The notes under the pieces are model-generated. The model was not told the DNA's origin and searched no databases. It saw nothing but the letters and a program-made list of their open reading frames with translations. A stretch of DNA of 64,000 nt from Candidatus Eiseniibacteriota bacterium (GTDB lineage: Bacteria; Eisenbacteria; RBG-16-71-46). Position 1 is the stretch's first letter; the number at the start of each line of letters is the position of its first letter. Of this stretch, positions 42,096-54,298 are shown in pieces. The position numbers and the translations under genes are program-made. Location of the stretch: the NCBI GenBank assembly GCA_963717505.1, contig OY970342.1, forward strand, positions 2,304,001-2,368,000. Reading direction: 5' to 3'.

Positions 42096-42861
42096 GGGCG
42101 CGCCTCGGCGTGCTCCGGCTGCGGGACCGCTCGCGCCGACATGCCCGCCTGCTGCAGGGCGACCCGCAGGAGTGCCCGAATCAGGTCCCGCAGCCTGAGC
42201 TCGGCCAGGCACACCAGCTCGTCGCCATCGGCATGGCCGGGGTTTCGCTCGAGGAAGAACGCGACGTCGGGATGGCGCAGCGTTTCGACGTCGAGCGGCA
42301 CCACGCTCTTGCGCACGCGATAGGGCGCGGAGGCGAAGCGCACGATGCCGCGCGCGGCGTCGTACTGTTCGCCGAACCAGCGTGTCGCCAGGTCCTGAAG
42401 GAATCGCCGCTGTTCCGCGGTTCCCACCCAGTGCCGAGTCGGAAACGAGCGCGGGAGATGGTTCACCAGGATCAGATAGGTCTTGTAGCCGCCGCTCAGC
42501 AGGAGCCACAGGCACGGCCGCCACGGTCTCCTGAGCTTGCGCAGCAGCAGAAAACGGCTGAACGCCGACTGCAGCGTCTTGGCGCCCCAATGATCGGGGT
42601 GGATCACCGTGTCGCCGGAGTATGCGACGTCCACCGATCGGCCGGCGAGCGATTCGACCGCGATGCGCAGGGTCGAGAATCCGACCAGCTCGCGACTGCC
42701 GCGCCGGAAGAGCAGGATCACGAACTGTTTCTCGTCCAGATCGGAGGCGAAGCGCTCGGCAGAGACGCCCTCGTAGCACAGGTTCATGAGCCCGAGCATC
42801 TCGCGGCGTCGGGCGGGGTCGAGTGCGGCGCGCGGTACGACGCGCGCGACCAGGGGAGCGC

Positions 42862-42865
<4 letters not shown>
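42092..42865 (-). CDS. Hypothetical protein with probable GNAT-like fold, coupled to the GH3 gene
   Basis: ELVGFSTL, YSGDTVIHPDHWG, WLLLSGGYKTY and FFLERNPGHADGDELVCLA. 4-nt overlaps on both sides. Confidence 0.7.
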
Positions 42866-45783
<2,918 letters not shown>

Positions 45784-45977
45784 CGACGGTCTTCCGGGTG
45801 CGGGCACGCCGCGCCGTGCGGATTGGACGCGGACAACCTACCGTTGAGGGGCGAGGCGGGACGTTAACCCTGCCTCGAAGGACCGTCAACGGTTGCCCCC
45901 CGATCGATCGCCCACGACCAAGCCGGGGGGCGGCCCACACGCTTGATGCGCCACGCCGGCAGGACTACGGTGCGGTC

Positions 45978-47159
45978 ATGGCCGTCCGGGAGGAGCCGCC
46001 CCGCGGGCACGAACGGCGCTCGGCGAGCGCGCTGCCGACACTACTCTCGCGCGCGCTGCGCGCGCGCCGGGCTCGCGCCTGGCTGGCGGTCACCGGCATC
46101 GCCACCAGCATGCTGTTGGTGCTGGTCTTGTTTGCGGCGCTCCGCGGTCCATGGGTGAGCGTGTCGGCCTACCTCGCGCAGCCCGACGTCGACCTGTGGG
46201 TCATGCCCTCCGGCACCGACAATCTCGTGCGCACCGCGGGATTCCTGCCGATCGCCGTCACCGACGATATTGCCGAGCTGCCGGGTGTTGCGCGCGCGGA
46301 TCCCGTGGTTCGTGTTTTCGTGCGGGCTTCTCGCTTGCGCCCGCGATCGCGCGCCAGCGACGCGAGCCTGATGTTGCTTGCGATCGGCTATCGCGCCCGC
46401 GGCGGACTCGGTGGGCCTCCGGCGTTCGACTCCGGCCGCGCACCCCAGGGCGAATTCGAGGCCGCGATCGATCGTGCCGCGGCTCATCGTCTCGGAACCG
46501 AGGTCGGCGACACGCTGGTCGTGAACGGACGCGTCGCGCGCATTTCTGGAATCACCCGCGACACCAATCTGCTGATCACCCAGTTTCTGTTCTTCGACTT
46601 CGATGTGGCTGCCGGCGTCAGTGGCCTCGACCAGCAAGCCTCGTTCGTGATCGTCCAGGCGCAGCCGGGCCGGGTGGGTGCCGTCGAGACGGCGATCCAC
46701 GAGGCGTTCCCTGGCCTGATCGTGCTGCGTCGCCAGGCATTCGAGGTCAACAGCCTGCGCGAGGCGGCTTCGGGCTTCCTGCCGATCCTGACCCTGATCA
46801 CGGTGCTCGGCGTCATCTCCGGCGCCGTGCTGATCGCGCTGCTGGTCCAGGGTGTGGTCGAAGACCGGCGCGCCGACATCGCGGTGCTGCTCGCGATGGG
46901 CACCGGGCTCGCCCGCATCGGGACCGCGGTGGTGGTTCACGCCGTCGTGTTGGTGGCGGTGGGCAGCGCCCTCGGTCTGGCGATGTCGTTCGCCCTCGGC
47001 GCGGTACTCGATGCCTTGGTTCCAACCGTGCAGCTCGCGTTCCGGGCGAATGACATCGGCCTGGTCTGGATCGCCTTCGCCGCCGCGGGCATCGCGGGCG
47101 CCATGATCCCGGTCATTCGTTTGCGCCGGATCGACCCCGGCGAGGCGTTTCGCTCGTGA
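45978..47159 (+). CDS. ABC transporter permease (MacB/FtsX-like)
   Basis: N-terminal TM, periplasmic domain, DRRADIAVLLAMG and RRIDPGEAF. Confidence 0.88.
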   Translation: MAVREEPPRGHERRSASALPTLLSRALRARRARAWLAVTGIATSMLLVLVLFAALRGPWVSVSAYLAQPDVDLWVMPSGTDNLVRTAGFLPIAVTDDIAELPGVARADPVVRVFVRASRLRPRSRASDASLMLLAIGYRARGGLGGPPAFDSGRAPQGEFEAAIDRAAAHRLGTEVGDTLVVNGRVARISGITRDTNLLITQFLFFDFDVAAGVSGLDQQASFVIVQAQPGRVGAVETAIHEAFPGLIVLRRQAFEVNSLREAASGFLPILTLITVLGVISGAVLIALLVQGVVEDRRADIAVLLAMGTGLARIGTAVVVHAVVLVAVGSALGLAMSFALGAVLDALVPTVQLAFRANDIGLVWIAFAAAGIAGAMIPVIRLRRIDPGEAFRS

Positions 47160-47830
47160 CCTCAGCACTCGTGTTCCGCAGCGTCTCGAAGACCCGGGGG
47201 CACGGGCCGCACGCGGTGCGGGCGCTGAGCGAGGTCTCGCTGTCGGTCGCCGCCGGCGAGTTCGTGCTGCTCGAAGGACCGAGTGGGTCGGGGAAGACGA
47301 CCGTGCTGCTGATTGCCGCCGGGTTGCTGACGGCCGATCGCGGCGAAGTCGAGCTGGCGGGCCGCGCGCTGGCCACCATGGACGCGGCAGCGCGCCGACG
47401 GTGGCGCAGCCAGCACCTGGGCTTCGTGTTCCAGCGCCCCAATCTGCTTCCCGCGTTGCGAGCGCGCGAGAACGTGATGCTCGCGGCACTGCTCTACGGG
47501 GATCCGCCGTCCGAGGCCCGGCGACGAAGTGACGATCTGCTGCAAGCGCTCGGCGTCGCGCAACTCGCCGAACGGCGCCCGCAGGAACTGTCCGGCGGTG
47601 AGGAGCAACGCGTGGCGGTGGCCCGTGCGCTGGTCCATCGTCCGACCGCCGTGCTCGCCGACGAGCCGACGGCGAATCTGGACTGGGCGTCCGGTCAGGT
47701 CGTGGCCGAGCGGCTGCGTGAGCTGGCTCGCGAGCGAGGAACGGCGGTGCTGGTGGCGACGCACGACCCGCGGCTCGCGGTCTATGCCGACCGGCGCATT
47801 GGACTCGAGGATGGGCGGGTCCAATCGTGA
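47156..47830 (+). CDS. ABC transporter ATP-binding protein (LolD/MacB-like)
   Basis: GPSGSGKTT, LSGGEEQRVA, LADEPTANLD and VATHD motifs. Confidence 0.95.
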   Translation: MTSALVFRSVSKTRGHGPHAVRALSEVSLSVAAGEFVLLEGPSGSGKTTVLLIAAGLLTADRGEVELAGRALATMDAAARRRWRSQHLGFVFQRPNLLPALRARENVMLAALLYGDPPSEARRRSDDLLQALGVAQLAERRPQELSGGEEQRVAVARALVHRPTAVLADEPTANLDWASGQVVAERLRELARERGTAVLVATHDPRLAVYADRRIGLEDGRVQS

Positions 47831-47909
47831 AGAGGTAGCGGGGGCGGCTCTCTTGGACGATCCGCCTCGAGGGACCTAGTGTACGATGCTGTGTCTCCGG
47901 AGGTCGCAC

Positions 47910-48533
47910 ATGGAACAGGCTCCGTTCATCTTCACGATCTGCTTCATGCTTCTCGGTCCGATCAAAGTGCTGCCCGCCTTCGCCCGCGCGACGCGGGGGA
48001 GCGACGCGGCGACCAAGCGCAAGACGGCGCTGTACGCGTTCCTGTTCGCATCGGCGATCTGCGCGTTTCTCGTGCTCGCCGGTCAGACGCTGATCGATAG
48101 GTACCAGCTGTCGCTCGCCTCGCTGAGCATTGCCGGCGGGCTGGTTCTGTTGATCGCAGCGCTGAGGACGATGTTCTTCGGCTCTGCCGCGCCGAACGAC
48201 GACCCCGAGTCGGCCCAACGAAGTCCGGTCCAGGTGGCCATGTCGCCGCTCGCCAGCCCTGCCATCGTGCCGCCGGCAGGCGTCGCCGTGGTTCTGATCG
48301 CATCGATGCATGCCACCCAGACCCCCGGGCTCGGTGCGGTCGTGATCGCCGCGGTCGCGACGATGATGGTCCTCGATCTCCTGGCGATGCTGTTCAATGA
48401 CACACTGGTCAAGCTGCCGGGCTTGATGCTGGTTCTGCAACTGCTCGGCTCCGCACTGATCTTCGTGCAGGTCGCCCTGGGCATCGATTCGATTCTGACC
48501 GGGTTGAGCCGGGCGGGGATCATCGCCGGCTAG
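47910..48533 (+). CDS. MarC family membrane protein
   Basis: GGAGG RBS. LSIAGGLVLLIAAL and PLASPAIVPPAG motifs. Six TM helices. Confidence 0.88.
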   Translation: MEQAPFIFTICFMLLGPIKVLPAFARATRGSDAATKRKTALYAFLFASAICAFLVLAGQTLIDRYQLSLASLSIAGGLVLLIAALRTMFFGSAAPNDDPESAQRSPVQVAMSPLASPAIVPPAGVAVVLIASMHATQTPGLGAVVIAAVATMMVLDLLAMLFNDTLVKLPGLMLVLQLLGSALIFVQVALGIDSILTGLSRAGIIAG

Positions 48534-48583
48534 GACGCGGAGCGCCGGGGCCTGGTGGAAGAACGCGCCCACCGACCTGTGGG

Positions 48584-49471
48584 TTGCCCCTGGTGCGAGG
48601 TCCGGACAAAGCCGATATCCCATTCGTGAGCCACCGTTGGATGACCTGTTTGGGGCTTCTGCTGACGTTGGGTGCGGGGCCGGTCCGCGAGCAGAATTCG
48701 ATTCCGAGCGCGGGAGGGGACTCGTGCGTGGCGCGGATTCGCGAGGCGACGGAAGACGACGTGCTCGTGCGTGAACGCCATCCGCTTCTGGGGGCTCCCG
48801 AGCACGCGAACAATGCCCCGGGCCCGGGCTCGCTGCGCGCGATGGTGAAAAGCGACTCGCTTCACCACCCGTTCATCTTCATCGTGGACACCGCGGCCGG
48901 CACTTCTCGGAAACTGTGCTCGGGGAGCATGCCGCGTTTCTCGCCGGATGGCCGATGGATCGCATGCCACCGCTGGCTGTCACGGGAGCGACCCTGGATG
49001 CTGGCCCTGGTCGATGCCCGAACCGGACTCTCGCGCATTGTCGAGAATGTCGGGCACATCGAGGACTATGCGTGGTCCCCGGATTCGAAGCGGCTCGCCT
49101 TCACGTCGATGCCTTATGACTCGAGCTGGCGCTGGGACATCGGTTGGGTCGACGCGCAGAGCGAGAGCGTGCATGTGCTCTCACAGGACCAGGATCCCTA
49201 CGTCGAGTGGTACGAGTTGGAATGGGCCGCCGACAACCGCCGCTTCGTGGCCAATCGCCGACGCGAGTACGAACACGACGACAGCGTGCATGCGTGGGAT
49301 CTCTGGCTGTTCGACCTGGAGGGCGATCCGTGCCGATTGACACACACTCCGCGCGAGGATGAGCTCTTCCCCGGCTGGATCGACCATCGTCACATCCGCT
49401 ACGAGTCCTCGGATTGGGACGACGACGAGGCCGGCGGCCGGCGGCGATTCGTCATCGAACTGGACCCTTGA
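48584..49471 (+). CDS. TolB-like/PD40 beta-propeller protein
   Basis: PRFSPDGRWIA and YAWSPDSKRLAF repeats. Start uncertain (possibly 48641). Confidence 0.7.
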   Translation: MPLVRGPDKADIPFVSHRWMTCLGLLLTLGAGPVREQNSIPSAGGDSCVARIREATEDDVLVRERHPLLGAPEHANNAPGPGSLRAMVKSDSLHHPFIFIVDTAAGTSRKLCSGSMPRFSPDGRWIACHRWLSRERPWMLALVDARTGLSRIVENVGHIEDYAWSPDSKRLAFTSMPYDSSWRWDIGWVDAQSESVHVLSQDQDPYVEWYELEWAADNRRFVANRRREYEHDDSVHAWDLWLFDLEGDPCRLTHTPREDELFPGWIDHRHIRYESSDWDDDEAGGRRRFVIELDP

Positions 49472-49504
49472 GGTCGCCCCGCGAAGAGTGAAAGACTGCG
49501 GGAC

Positions 49505-50164
49505 ATGGCAACGCCCCATCTGGATCGCGGCCGGCGCAGCTTCCTGAAGATGCTCGCGGCAGGTCCGCTCGCGCTGGCGACCTTCTGGGCGCTCCTGCAG
49601 CGAGACGAGGTGGCGGCCGCGGAGGAGCTGCTCGTTAAGACCTCGCCCGGGAAAGCCGAGCCGCCGATTGCCGCGACCCCCGAATGTGGTGATGACGACG
49701 ACCCGACGCCGTCGCAGACGGCGGGCCCTTTCTTCACCGCTCGATCCCCGCAACGCACCAGCCTGCTCGAGCCGGGGGTCGTGGGGGAACGCCTCTCGCT
49801 CACCGGCCGCGTATATTCGACGGACTGCCGCCCGATTCCCGGCGCACTGCTCGACTTCTGGCAGGCCGACGCCCAGGGTGAATACGACAACGAGGGCTAC
49901 AAGCTCAGAGGCCATCAGATGGCCGACGACCAGGGTCGCTATTCGCTCGAGACCATCGTTCCCGGACTGTACGGAGGCCGAACCCGACACATCCACGTCC
50001 GAGTCCAGGCGCCGCGGGGTCGCATTCTCACGACGCAGCTCTATTTCCCCGAGGAGCCGCGCAACCGGCGCGACGGAATCTACCGATCCGACCTGCTGAT
50101 GGCCCTGGGCGATTCCGACGAAGGCAAGCAGGGGCGCTTCAACTTCGTTCTCGACGTGAACTGA
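49505..50164 (+). CDS. Intradiol ring-cleavage dioxygenase family protein with Tat signal
   Basis: RRSFLK twin-arginine signal. QTAGPFF, DFWQADAQGEY, PGLYGGRTRHIH and TTQLYF motifs. Confidence 0.9.
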   Translation: MATPHLDRGRRSFLKMLAAGPLALATFWALLQRDEVAAAEELLVKTSPGKAEPPIAATPECGDDDDPTPSQTAGPFFTARSPQRTSLLEPGVVGERLSLTGRVYSTDCRPIPGALLDFWQADAQGEYDNEGYKLRGHQMADDQGRYSLETIVPGLYGGRTRHIHVRVQAPRGRILTTQLYFPEEPRNRRDGIYRSDLLMALGDSDEGKQGRFNFVLDVN

Positions 50165-50182
50165 CGAGAAAGCGCGTCGCCG

Positions 50183-51430
50183 CTACTCGTAGCGCAGCGC
50201 CTCGATCGGATCCAGCCGCGCCGCCCGGATCGCGGGCAGCATCCCGAACGCGATCCCGACCGCCGAGCAGAACAGAAGGCCGATCACCGCCCACTCGAGC
50301 GGCACGTTCGCGGGGAAGTGGGTGAACACCGCGACCAGGTTCCCGAGCCCAAAACCGATCGTCACGCCGATCACCCCGCCGATGTTGCACAGAATGACGG
50401 CCTCCATCAGGAACTGCCGCAGGATGCTTCCCGATCGGGCGCCGAGTGCCTTGCGAATACCGATCTCTCGGGTCCGCTCGGTGACCGCGACCAGCATGAT
50501 GTTCATGATCCCGATCCCGGCCACCACCAGGGCGATGATGCCGATGACGAAGGCGGCGAGCTTCACGCCGACGCTCATCGCGTTGAACTGGGTGATCAGG
50601 CTCTCGCTGGTGTACACGTCGAAGTTGTCGGGCTCACCGGGCTTGACCCCGCGCAGGCGGCGCAGCAATTGCGTGGTCTCGGCGATGGCGTCGGGCACCA
50701 GCTCCGGCGTCTTGGCCCGCACGGTGACGTTGACCGACCTCGGGAAGCCGACGCGGTCCACCAGCCCGTAGGTGTTGGTGAAGGTCGTGACCGGCATCAG
50801 GACATAGTTGTCGAAGTTGCCGCCGAAGGCCGACTTCTTCTCGTCGAACACGCCGATGACTTCGTACTTGCGCCCGTCGACCAGGACTTCCTTGCCGATT
50901 GGGTCGGCGAATGGGAACAGTTTCTGGCCGATCGCGTGGCCGATCACCACCACCTTGCGGGCACTCAAAACGTCCGTCTGGGACAGGTTGCGCCCCATGC
51001 CGACGTAGTGGGTGTTGTTGTCGGGATACTCCGGCGTTCCGCCGACGATCGAGATGTTGGGATTGGTCGATTCGGCTCGATACTTGACGACGTATCCGAA
51101 GTCCCACAGCTCCGAGCCCACCAGGTCCACGTTGTCGACGTGTTCGCGGATGGCGTCCGCGTGGGCCACGGTGATCGGCGGCCGGCGCATCGCCTGCCGG
51201 CGTTCGGCGTCGGAGTGGAAGCCGCCGGCCGGCCACTTCTGCACCTGGAAGATCTGGGCGCCCAGCACGGTCATCTCCCGCTCCATCGTCGCCTGGATCA
51301 CCGACAGGCCGGTCATCACCGCGATGATCGACGCGACCCCGGCGACGATTCCGACCAGGGTCAGGGACGACCGCAGCTTGTTGGCGAGGATCGCTCCGAG
51401 CGACATGAACAGGGTGTCGAGGGGTTGCAT
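50183..51430 (-). CDS. ABC transporter permease (MacB-like)
   Basis: NKLRSSLTLVGI, GIGIMNIMLVAVTERTREIGIRKALGA and LDPIEALRYE motifs. Confidence 0.95.
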   Translation of the reverse strand: MQPLDTLFMSLGAILANKLRSSLTLVGIVAGVASIIAVMTGLSVIQATMEREMTVLGAQIFQVQKWPAGGFHSDAERRQAMRRPPITVAHADAIREHVDNVDLVGSELWDFGYVVKYRAESTNPNISIVGGTPEYPDNNTHYVGMGRNLSQTDVLSARKVVVIGHAIGQKLFPFADPIGKEVLVDGRKYEVIGVFDEKKSAFGGNFDNYVLMPVTTFTNTYGLVDRVGFPRSVNVTVRAKTPELVPDAIAETTQLLRRLRGVKPGEPDNFDVYTSESLITQFNAMSVGVKLAAFVIGIIALVVAGIGIMNIMLVAVTERTREIGIRKALGARSGSILRQFLMEAVILCNIGGVIGVTIGFGLGNLVAVFTHFPANVPLEWAVIGLLFCSAVGIAFGMLPAIRAARLDPIEALRYE

Positions 51431-51444
51431 GTCATCGACTCCGG

Positions 51445-52707
51445 CTACTCGTAACGCAGCGACTCGACCGGGTCGAGCCGCGCTCCGCGATAGGCGGGAA
51501 CGATGCCGGCCAACACGCCGACCGAGATCGAGACCAAGACGGCGATGGCCAGGATCGGCAGCGAGATGCTGGCCGGCATCAGTACCGCGTTGATCACCGC
51601 GGTCACCAGCCACGCGAGGACGATGCCGACCGTGCCGCCGAGCAGCCCGATGGCCGAGGACTCGAGCAGGAACTGGAGCAGAATGCTCCGTCGCGTCGCG
51701 CCGACCGCCTTGCGGATCCCGATCTCGCGCGTGCGCTCGGTGACCGAGACGAACATGATGTTCATGACGCCGACGGCGCCGACGAACAGCGAGATCCCGG
51801 TGATCAGGAGTCCGACCAGCAGAACCACGCCGATGACGTTGTTGAAGGTGCCGACCAGCGTGTCGAGCTTGTTGATCGAGAAGTTGTCGGGCTCGGAGGG
51901 CCTGAGCGTTCGGATCTTGCGCATCTCGCCGATCACTTCGTACTCGAGGTCGGCCAGCGCCTCCTGGTTCGGCGCCTTGACCGCGACGTTCACGTCCTGG
52001 CCGCGCCGGCCGCCGAATTCTTTGACGAAGGACGTGATCGGGATGAACACCTGGGCGTCGAAGTTGGGGCCGCCCAGGAAGCTGCCGCCCTGCTTCTCCA
52101 TCACGCCGATCACGCGAAACTCGGTGCGTCCGATCGAGATCGTCTGATGCACCGGATTCGTGCTGCCGAACAGCACGTCGCGCACCTCGGAGCCGATCAC
52201 GCAGACGTTCTTCTTGAAGCGCACGTCATACGCCATGAGGAAGCGACCGAGCTCCGGCCGCGCACTCGAGAGCTGGGTCTGCTTTTCGGTGGTGCCGATC
52301 ACCGACACGTCGTTCATGGTCTCGGCGTGGAACTTCACGTTCCGGCGTCCGTCGACGGAAGGATTGACGATCGCCCGGCCGCGCATGCGTTCCTCGAGCG
52401 CACGTGCCTCGCGCAGGTCGAGGGGCGGGCGATTCCGATAGAGGAAGAAGTCGTTCATGATCACCCACGGCATGCGCGACACGTAGATCACGTCGGCGCC
52501 GACCGCGGAAAAGCTCTCGCGGAACCGGTTCTGCAGCCCATTGGCCGCGGTCATGGTGGTGACCACGGCGACGATGCCGATGACGATGCCGAGCGTGGTC
52601 AGTGCCGCCCGCGTCGTGTTGGCGCGCTGGGCGCGCACCGCAATCGCCAGCGCTTCGCGCAGGTCGAGAACCAGTCGCGTTCCGCCGCGAACCGACCACG
52701 GGCTCAC
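51445..52707 (-). CDS. ABC transporter permease (MacB-like)
   Basis: GVMNIMFVSVTERTREIGIRKAVGA and LDPVESLRYE motifs. Confidence 0.95.
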   Translation of the reverse strand: MSPWSVRGGTRLVLDLREALAIAVRAQRANTTRAALTTLGIVIGIVAVVTTMTAANGLQNRFRESFSAVGADVIYVSRMPWVIMNDFFLYRNRPPLDLREARALEERMRGRAIVNPSVDGRRNVKFHAETMNDVSVIGTTEKQTQLSSARPELGRFLMAYDVRFKKNVCVIGSEVRDVLFGSTNPVHQTISIGRTEFRVIGVMEKQGGSFLGGPNFDAQVFIPITSFVKEFGGRRGQDVNVAVKAPNQEALADLEYEVIGEMRKIRTLRPSEPDNFSINKLDTLVGTFNNVIGVVLLVGLLITGISLFVGAVGVMNIMFVSVTERTREIGIRKAVGATRRSILLQFLLESSAIGLLGGTVGIVLAWLVTAVINAVLMPASISLPILAIAVLVSISVGVLAGIVPAYRGARLDPVESLRYE

Positions 52708-52747
52708 GATCGAACCTCCTGCAAATGTCGGCAGCGAACTGCGCCCA

Positions 52748-54013
52748 TCACGACCCGCGGGGCTTGGCCGCCACCGATTTCTCCGGCTGCTTGCCGACGG
52801 TCACCATCGCGCCATTCGCGAGGTCCTTCGAGATGGCGCGGTAGCTGCCCGAGACGATCTCCTCGCCTTCGTTCAGACCCTCCAGGATCTCGATCTGCTC
52901 GTCGCTCTGGATGCCGGTCTTGACCTGCTTGGCGATGGCCTTGCCCTTGTCCACCGAGAACACGATCTCGACGAAGCCGTCCTTGTCCGGCGTATAGCGG
53001 GTCTCGGCGTCCTTGCGCTTCTCGCCCTTCATCGCGAGCTGGTCCACACTGCGCACCGCGACGCTCTGAATCGGAACACTGAGGGCGTTCTCGTTGGTCT
53101 TGGCGATGATACTCGCGGAGGCGGTCATGCCCGGTCGCAGGGTGGAGGGCGGGTCGCTGATCCGGATCTTGACCTCGAACTCGGTCTTTTGATCGGTGGT
53201 GCCCGCGCCGCTGGCGTTCGCGCTATTCGAGATCTCGGAGACCACGCCCTGCAACTCCTGACCGAGCATGGCGTCGACCTCGACGGTCGCCTGCTGGCCG
53301 ACCGCGATGGTCGTGATGTCGTTCTCGTCGACGTTGACCTGGGCCTCCATCTCCTTCAGGTCGGCGATCACCAGGATGACGTCCTTCTGGAACTGGGAAC
53401 CGAGCGCGATCTCGCCCTGTTCCTTCTCGAGCGAGCTGATGGTTCCCGCCATCGGCGCGTAGATGGTGGTCTTGGAGAGATCGTCGCGCGCCTGCTTGAG
53501 CGACGCCTTGGCCTGCTCCACCTGATCCTGGGCTGCTTCGTAGCGGGCGACCTCGACCAGGTGCGCGGCCTGTTTGGCCTCGAACGCCGACGCCGACTCG
53601 ACACCCTGGGCGTGCAGGTCCTTGGACCGGCCGAATTCCTTCTCGGCCCGGATCATGTTCTCGCGCACCAGCGTGGCGTTCGCCTGCGCGGCGCTGACGT
53701 TGGCCTCCGCGCTCTCGACCGCCGCCACGTAGCGTTCCCGGTCGAGCCCCACCAGAAACGCGCCCTTCTCGACCCACTGACCCTCGGTGACCGGCAGCCG
53801 AAGGATCTTCGCGCTGACGTCGGCGCTGATCTCGACCTGGATCTCGGGCTGGATCTTCCCGGTCGCGCTGACCGTCTGGACGATCTTCTGGCGGCCGACT
53901 TTGGCGGTCTGCACTTCGAGCGGCTTGTCCCGGCGGCCGTTGAGGACGATGGCGCCCAACGAGCCAATCACCAGCACAGCCGCGATCGCGATCCACAGCG
54001 GCTTCTTCTTCAT
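52748..54013 (-). CDS. Efflux periplasmic adaptor subunit (MacA-like)
   Basis: ATG 54013 after AGGAGG. VSATGKIQP, TTIYAPMAG, VDENDI and LRPGMTASA motifs. Confidence 0.92.
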   Translation of the reverse strand: MKKKPLWIAIAAVLVIGSLGAIVLNGRRDKPLEVQTAKVGRQKIVQTVSATGKIQPEIQVEISADVSAKILRLPVTEGQWVEKGAFLVGLDRERYVAAVESAEANVSAAQANATLVRENMIRAEKEFGRSKDLHAQGVESASAFEAKQAAHLVEVARYEAAQDQVEQAKASLKQARDDLSKTTIYAPMAGTISSLEKEQGEIALGSQFQKDVILVIADLKEMEAQVNVDENDITTIAVGQQATVEVDAMLGQELQGVVSEISNSANASGAGTTDQKTEFEVKIRISDPPSTLRPGMTASASIIAKTNENALSVPIQSVAVRSVDQLAMKGEKRKDAETRYTPDKDGFVEIVFSVDKGKAIAKQVKTGIQSDEQIEILEGLNEGEEIVSGSYRAISKDLANGAMVTVGKQPEKSVAAKPRGS

Positions 54014-54298
54014 GGCTTTCAAGCCCCTCCTGCGGGGTCGAGGCAAAGGCTCGAGACGCTCGACGGCAACCATGCTGGTACGGGGGAGAAGGACCAGAAG
54101 TTACCGGGGGGCTCCCCCTCAGGCAACGCCCAGGGCCCGGGCGACCGGCCGGACGCAGCCCCCGCCGCGACGAACGCGGCCCAAGCGTGGGTGCCGGGGA
54201 ACGCATGCTAGAGTCGCCGACTTGTGCCGGCCCTTGATGCCGCGCGGCCGCGATCCGCGCCTCGCCGAGACATGGCCGCCTGTCCAGGAGGTTCGCGC

